This document shows positions 58,990 through 64,000 of a DNA stretch of 64,000 bases, one piece after another. This DNA is from Nitrospirota bacterium (GTDB taxonomy: Bacteria; Nitrospirota; UBA9217): positions 156,678-220,677 of the forward strand of contig JAOUEV010000001.1 of assembly GCA_029858565.1 (NCBI GenBank), in the 5' to 3' direction. Position numbers and translations under genes: made by a program. Position 1 is the first letter of the stretch, and every line of letters starts with the position of its first letter. The notes beneath the pieces are model-generated. The model saw only the letters and a program-made list of their open reading frames with translations, was not told where the DNA came from and did not search any database.

Positions 58990-61341
58990 TTACAGGGACC
59001 TCTTTATTGTTGTGATGAAATCACCGCAGGCGAAACCGCCGGAGTCTCCCTGGTACCACGACACTTCGCCGCTCCGGACCTGCAGACCATCGACAGCAAT
59101 TCCTGCCGCGATCGCATAGGGCAGGTGCTTCTGAAGAAAAGGCGGCAGATACGTCCGGCCGGGGAGGTCGGCAAAGCTTTGTTTCAGGAACGCGGCATAG
59201 GCGCGGAGCTTTTCCTGCAGGTCCACATGCTCCCGTGTGGGACGGCGAAGGAGCCGGCTGAAGAGGAGCGAGAGCAGGCTGAAGCCCGCTGCGACCACAG
59301 CTCCATAGGCTACCAGGCTGGCGGCAGCTTTGCCGTGGAAGCTGAGCCTGCTTGTATCGATGACCGCAAGGGAGGCGCCGAGGAACAGCAGGGACAGTCC
59401 GACGCCCGGCCAGAGATACCGGGTATTCTTTTCTGTCCGCCTTCGGTACTCACGTTGCATGGATCTTTTCAGCAAACGGCCTGCATGCGCAAGCTGCCTG
59501 TTCTTCGAACGTCCGGCAAGGATCACCGTGCTGCGTTCCTGAAAGAGCGCGCTCAGGAACTCCTTGTCGCTCTCGGGGAGCGGAGCCTGCTCCGGCTCCG
59601 TCCTTTCGATCCTGTAGGCGCCTCCGGATTCAAGGACCCTGATGAAGCCCCGGTTGGCAAGAGCGAGCAGCGCGGCTGCCGCGCTCAAATGGTCCGTTGT
59701 TCCCCGTGCCATGAGCGCGCGCATCCGCGGCGGGTCCACCTCCTTGGGCGGTGAGAACTCGGTGGTTGCGGAGCCCCGGGGCTTCGGGTCGCGGCCGACC
59801 CGGTGCCAAACGATCACGTAGTAGACAGTGCACACAACAAGTCCGGAAAGGAACAGGAACAGGCTGGACAGAAAACGCCGTGTTTTCCGGTCAACCTGAT
59901 CGAGCCGCTGCAGCCACGACGGCCGTGCATAGCCCTTGACGAACCCGAGATCGATGGAGAAGGACATGTCCTGCCTCAGGGGCCTGGTGACAGTATACCG
60001 CACAATATCGCCTGCTTCGGTCTCTTCTGTTTCCGTAAGGAAGTCCGTCCTTTCCCGCAGTCCAGCGGTCCCCCGGCTAAAGATGACATGGCCGCCCTTT
60101 GGCAGCCGGACGGTCGCGGCGGCGCTCCTCAGATAATTCCCCGGGGGAAGGTCGCCAACAAGAACAAAGCATAGTTCATCGTGGTGCGGTTCATCGCGTA
60201 CCATGCGGCCGGTCGTGTAGGCCAGTGTTATCCGGTGTTCGCCTTCCGGCAGCGGCGCTCCGTTCTGCATGACCTGGATCCCCTGGTCCGCAGGAACGTA
60301 GGCAGCGGGCCGGCCATCCACCTCGACCGATCTTACCTTCATTCCCGCCGCTGCGTAGGTAGACCGGGAGTTCCATAATCCGCACTCTTGCGCAGGAGCA
60401 AGCTTGTGGAAACCGTTCCGGAAAAATCCGCCCGGTCTGTCGATGACCGTGATCATTTCGATGATCTCGAGCGTGCCGTCGCTCCTCACGGTCATGTCCG
60501 CAAAGAACTCTGTTACCTCATCTTCCCGGACAGAGGAATCATGCTGCCTGAGTTCAGCCTCCTGCGCGGACAGTCCGGCGTTCCTTCGCGCCGCCGCGTC
60601 CTCCAGGCTGAAGCCCGAGTCCTTCCACAGGACCATCTCCCTGAATGGGAACCCGGCCTGTTTCCATTCGAGCGCCTCGTCAAGCTTGATCTGATAGGTC
60701 CTGGCACGATGGGCTTCTTCAGGGCCGAACCCGGCAGATCTCCATGTTTTCGCGAAATTGACGTCATGCACTTCCTGGGAATAACGCGCGTCCTTGGTGA
60801 AGTAGAACTCGCTCACCCGTGGACCATATCGCCACTCCAACGTTGACTGGGCGTCGAATCCGGCGTTCTTCCACTCTTTTGCCTCCTCGGGATAGAGGCT
60901 TCGTGACCAGAAGGTTCCCGCCTCTTTGGCAGTGAATCCGGCGGCCAGATATTCCGCGGCGCGCTCTCCGGACCTGATGCCGCTGTCCATCCATTCCCGC
61001 GCCTCGTCCGGGCTGAAGCCGTTCCTCAGGAATTTCCCCGCGGTATAGACGTTCGCTATCCCGTGCCATTGTCCCGCTGACCGCGCGTTGAAACCTTCGC
61101 CCTTCCACTGCGCGGCCCAGGCGGCGAATATGATCCCTTCCTCGATCCACTGCCGTGATTCCTCTGCGCTGATGCCGTGGTAATTCCACTCTGCCCTGTC
61201 CGACGGAGGCACGCCTCTCAGATTTTCGTCAAGATGGGCAAAGGCCGCAGGGGGGATTGCCGCGGTCAGGGCGAACAACATGACCGGGACAGCCAGTGCG
61301 GCAGCGGTGCGACGGTATAGGGAGGGATGCCTGCGGGTCAT
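58990..61341 (-). CDS. DUF2207-domain membrane protein with N-terminal Trp-repeat array
   Basis: Signal peptide (AFA|H), about 14 repeats, then DUF2207 hallmarks (ADMTVRSDGTLEIIEMI, WHRVGRDP, LANRGFI, LPYAIA). Confidence 0.85.
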   Translation of the reverse strand: MTRRHPSLYRRTAAALAVPVMLFALTAAIPPAAFAHLDENLRGVPPSDRAEWNYHGISAEESRQWIEEGIIFAAWAAQWKGEGFNARSAGQWHGIANVYTAGKFLRNGFSPDEAREWMDSGIRSGERAAEYLAAGFTAKEAGTFWSRSLYPEEAKEWKNAGFDAQSTLEWRYGPRVSEFYFTKDARYSQEVHDVNFAKTWRSAGFGPEEAHRARTYQIKLDEALEWKQAGFPFREMVLWKDSGFSLEDAAARRNAGLSAQEAELRQHDSSVREDEVTEFFADMTVRSDGTLEIIEMITVIDRPGGFFRNGFHKLAPAQECGLWNSRSTYAAAGMKVRSVEVDGRPAAYVPADQGIQVMQNGAPLPEGEHRITLAYTTGRMVRDEPHHDELCFVLVGDLPPGNYLRSAAATVRLPKGGHVIFSRGTAGLRERTDFLTETEETEAGDIVRYTVTRPLRQDMSFSIDLGFVKGYARPSWLQRLDQVDRKTRRFLSSLFLFLSGLVVCTVYYVIVWHRVGRDPKPRGSATTEFSPPKEVDPPRMRALMARGTTDHLSAAAALLALANRGFIRVLESGGAYRIERTEPEQAPLPESDKEFLSALFQERSTVILAGRSKNRQLAHAGRLLKRSMQREYRRRTEKNTRYLWPGVGLSLLFLGASLAVIDTSRLSFHGKAAASLVAYGAVVAAGFSLLSLLFSRLLRRPTREHVDLQEKLRAYAAFLKQSFADLPGRTYLPPFLQKHLPYAIAAGIAVDGLQVRSGEVSWYQGDSGGFACGDFITTIKRSL

Positions 61342-61452
61342 GAACAAAAGCATAGCGTGAACAGCAGACTGAATCAAGGTCAAATTCGGCAGGGGAGCGG
61401 AAAAGGCGAAAAGAACATAACGGGCGTGTTCACTGACAGGGAACAGCATTCA

Positions 61453-62679
61453 TCATTTATTTCGTTCATTCACCATGCGGAAATATTCCTCCCGGCATTT
61501 GTTCTCCGCCTCGACCAGTTTCCGGAAAGCGCCACGGAAGTCGTTCTCCGAACCCGCGAACACGCCGTGGCCGTAGACGATGCAGACGCCGGTCTCCTTG
61601 ATCGCGGCCGGGACGGTCCTGGCCAGGCCGCCGGCGCCCAACTCGCCGGACACGATGGGGATGCCGCAGATGGAGCGGGTCCGCTTGCAGTCCCTGCCGC
61701 AGTCCTTGACAGCGCAATTCTGTTCCTCGCAGAACATGGACAGGATCACGCTGAACTTCGGATGGCCGTGCAGGATGGCGTTGAAGCCCGTGGACTGGTA
61801 GATCGCCCGGTGCGCGGGAAGTTCCGACGAGGCCGAGAGCCCGGCGGTCGACGATCCGTCGAGCGGCACCGGATCGATGTGTCCCTCCAATTCGTCAAGG
61901 GACGACGCTGTCTGGCTGATATAGATCGTCTTTCCGTCAAAGAAACTGATGTTCCCGAAAAAGGAATCCACCAATCCTTTTTCGACCGTTGCCCGGCCCA
62001 CCTTGACTATCTCATCGTAGATGAGATTCTTTTGATCACATCCCGCACTCCGCACTCCGCACTCCGCGCTTGGCGCGCGCAGACTCTCGCGCAGAGGAAC
62101 GTCCGATGCCTCCACCGGCAGCGCCCAGGCAAGCCGCATCTCGTTGAATGCCGCAGCCTCGTCATTGTTCCGAAAGCCCTGCTCAAGGACATCGAGGCAG
62201 AATTTGAGAAAGGTCGCGTGGAACACCGTGGAGTAGACGATATAGGCCTGCTCAACGGTCACGCTGCCCATACCGATGAAACCCAGGCCCTCGACGATCA
62301 CGGCTTTGCGTTCTTTCAAACAGCGGACGATCCTCCGGGCGGTCTCTTCCGCGGACTGTCCCTGCCAGTCGCTCTTCCTGAGGAACGGGAAATCATGGTG
62401 AAAGGTCTTGGTCTCGCTGTCCTTGGGAACGATGCGATCCTCGGCAGGTCCCGCGGCAGCCACGAGCAGGTCGCCGAAGGGGAGCGGGGGCCGGGCCAGC
62501 AGCAGGGCCGTGGCGTTCAGGCCCGCGAAGACCTTGGTGAAAACCGGCAGCCACTCATCATCCCTGCCTGAAATGACCACGTCGTCAAGGCGGTAGAACC
62601 GGATGCTGTTCGCGAGCGCGATGCGGTCGCGCAGGAGCTTGCCGGAATATTTTTCGAACTGGTCGGCGAGAAGTGCCAT
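61453..62679 (-). CDS. Class II aldolase/adducin-family protein (two-domain)
   Basis: GLVDSFFGNIS, ASSELPAH, AILHGHP, VYGHGVF; promoter-like TTGACA, 17 nt, TATAAC. Confidence 0.85.
   Translation of the reverse strand: MALLADQFEKYSGKLLRDRIALANSIRFYRLDDVVISGRDDEWLPVFTKVFAGLNATALLLARPPLPFGDLLVAAAGPAEDRIVPKDSETKTFHHDFPFLRKSDWQGQSAEETARRIVRCLKERKAVIVEGLGFIGMGSVTVEQAYIVYSTVFHATFLKFCLDVLEQGFRNNDEAAAFNEMRLAWALPVEASDVPLRESLRAPSAECGVRSAGCDQKNLIYDEIVKVGRATVEKGLVDSFFGNISFFDGKTIYISQTASSLDELEGHIDPVPLDGSSTAGLSASSELPAHRAIYQSTGFNAILHGHPKFSVILSMFCEEQNCAVKDCGRDCKRTRSICGIPIVSGELGAGGLARTVPAAIKETGVCIVYGHGVFAGSENDFRGAFRKLVEAENKCREEYFRMVNERNK
62042..62069. repeat. TCCGCAC heptamer array in-frame in the aldolase inter-domain linker
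   Basis: cccgcac tccgcac tccgcac tccgcgc encodes SAECGVRSAG; same unit as 7931-7958 and 30702-30734. Confidence 0.85.
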
Positions 62680-62803
62680 GGCATCCTTGTTATAGCCTGC
62701 TTCCCTGCCGCTGTCAAGGAGGGAGGGAAGACCGTTTGGTGCGTCCCGAACGCCGCCAGCATGGTATACTATGCTCATGTTACAAGGACACAAAGGGGGA
62801 TCC

Positions 62804-63130
62804 ATGAGCCGCATATCGGTGATGGTACTGCTCCTGTGCGCGCTGGCGGTCATGGCGTGGGCATCGGAGGATTGTTCCAAGCTGGGCGGCAGATGCAGGG
62901 CAGCCTGCGAGGGGAACGAGGCCGCGGAAGCGGGCGCGTTCGAGGACTGCTCGGGCAACGAGGAGTGCTGCATGCCCCGATCAACACGCGACGCGGTCGG
63001 ATGCTGCGTTCGTTCCTTTGACCGGGCGAACTTCGGCCCGGGCAACTGCGCCGCGCCCCGGAACAACGCCTGCGCCCAGGGCTCTCCCAGCCCGGTCTTG
63101 TGCGAAAAGCTGTCCATGTGCAGAAAATGA
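62804..63130 (+). CDS. Secreted protein with 12 Cys in the mature region, beta-defensin-like first domain
   Basis: RBS AAGGGGG; signal peptide AWA|SED; C-x6-C-x3-C-x13-C-x5-CC, then CC-x13-C-x7-C-x9-C-x5-C. Confidence 0.8.
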   Translation: MSRISVMVLLLCALAVMAWASEDCSKLGGRCRAACEGNEAAEAGAFEDCSGNEECCMPRSTRDAVGCCVRSFDRANFGPGNCAAPRNNACAQGSPSPVLCEKLSMCRK

Positions 63131-63134
63131 AGGA

Positions 63135-63444
63135 TCGCACGAGCTCCGCACGCCGGTCACGACCATCAAGGCGTTCATTGAACTGTTCATGCTGAAGCCG
63201 GATATGGCCGGAGAGCGGAAGGACAGGCTCTCCCGGGCCATCGAAGAGGCGGACCGGCTCACGCGGCTGATCAACGATCTGCCGGACATCACGCGGATGG
63301 AGGAGCGGTCACTGCCCCGGCGGGACGAGGAACTCTCGGTGGAGGAGATCATCAACCGGTCCCTGGCAACCATGGCGCCGATCTTCGAGAACAAGAAGCT
63401 CCAGGTGACAACGACCGTGCTGCAGGGGGAGCACTTTTACCGTG
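63135..63444 (+). pseudogene. Histidine kinase remnant
   Basis: SHELRTP H-box and RLTRLINDL with no start codon; joined out of frame to a terminal GSTFTV motif; HATPase core missing. Confidence 0.75.
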
Positions 63445-63495
63445 CCGGTCATGGCCGGAAGCGGAAAGAGCGCCAGCATCGCTGCCAAACCGGCC

Positions 63496-63999
63496 TTAGC
63501 GGGAAGATGAACCCGCGCCCGGGGAACCGAGCGTGTCGGCAGCGATCCGCTCAAGGGAGATGCCGTGGTCGCGCTCCAGCTCGGCCAGGAACGTCCGGGC
63601 CCGCTGGTGCGCTGTTCGCATCCGATCAAGGAACCAGGCGTTCCCGTCATAGCGCCGCATGATGGACGCGATCCTCTTTTCCAGGGTGGTGGCACGGTCC
63701 ACTTCCACCACGCTGTCGATCATGGGCACGAGCTTTTCCTCGATCGTGCGCGGAAGGAACGCACGGTCCGGAAGGCCGTGCGCGGCGGCGTCCTCGCGCG
63801 AGAGGCCGCAGAGGATGTGCGACGCGCAGACATGCGCTTCCTGGTGATGGCCGAGTTCGGTCAGGAGCCGGTAGCCTTCCACGCCGTGGCCGATGGGGTC
63901 ATGGGTCCTGCATCTTCCGATATCATGCAGCAGAGCGCCCACGCGGAGGCGCTCACGGTCGATCGCGAGCCGCTGTTCCAGCAGGGCTCCTGCGGCGTC
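63496..63999 (-). CDS. HD-domain (HDIG) protein (5' end outside window)
   Basis: GALLHDIGR, HGVEG, ASH, PRTIEEKLV..D. Confidence 0.85.
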   Translation of the reverse strand, partial: DAAGALLEQRLAIDRERLRVGALLHDIGRCRTHDPIGHGVEGYRLLTELGHHQEAHVCASHILCGLSREDAAAHGLPDRAFLPRTIEEKLVPMIDSVVEVDRATTLEKRIASIMRRYDGNAWFLDRMRTAHQRARTFLAELERDHGISLERIAADTLGSPGAGSSSR

Positions 64000-64000
64000 G

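Noticed and set aside
63018-63662. 214-aa ORF as a functional histidine kinase
   Set aside because: Its start lies inside the Cys-rich gene and the ATP-binding domain is deleted; treated as a pseudogene.

Overview
GC-rich bacterial chromosomal window; gene content is compatible with a Nitrospirota or deltaproteobacteria-like anaerobe (inference). From left to right it holds a GH3 NagZ, modE-tupABC (tungstate uptake), hpt, a small T2SS/T4P-type module around a 1400-aa CARDB protein, an HDAC-family gene, amrA, ispB, trpS, an S2P protease, an LpoA-like lipoprotein, tRNA-Ala(CGC) and purMN. Next is the yceD-rpmF-plsX-fabH...fabG-acpP-fabF-rnc fatty-acid operon, then degP, a DUF2207/Trp-repeat/LemA operon, a tandem class II aldolase-like gene and a 12-Cys secreted protein. 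The main result is a rebuilt fab operon. An acyl-CoA dehydrogenase with a bifurcating-type EtfBA sits directly behind fabH. A complete propionate/methylmalonyl-CoA block carrying a trans-AT(PksC)-like FabD is inserted next. The native fabD survives only as a frameshifted relic upstream of fabG. Other notable features: about 20 short-period (7-9 nt) repeat arrays, several translated inside proteins including a 63-aa prepilin leader; three genes built from a 13-aa Trp repeat; a beta-defensin-like Cys pattern; two unannotated small ORFs; and several apparently leaderless genes. I saw no CRISPR, rRNA, integrase or transposase. All calls come from reading the sequence; no database searches were run.
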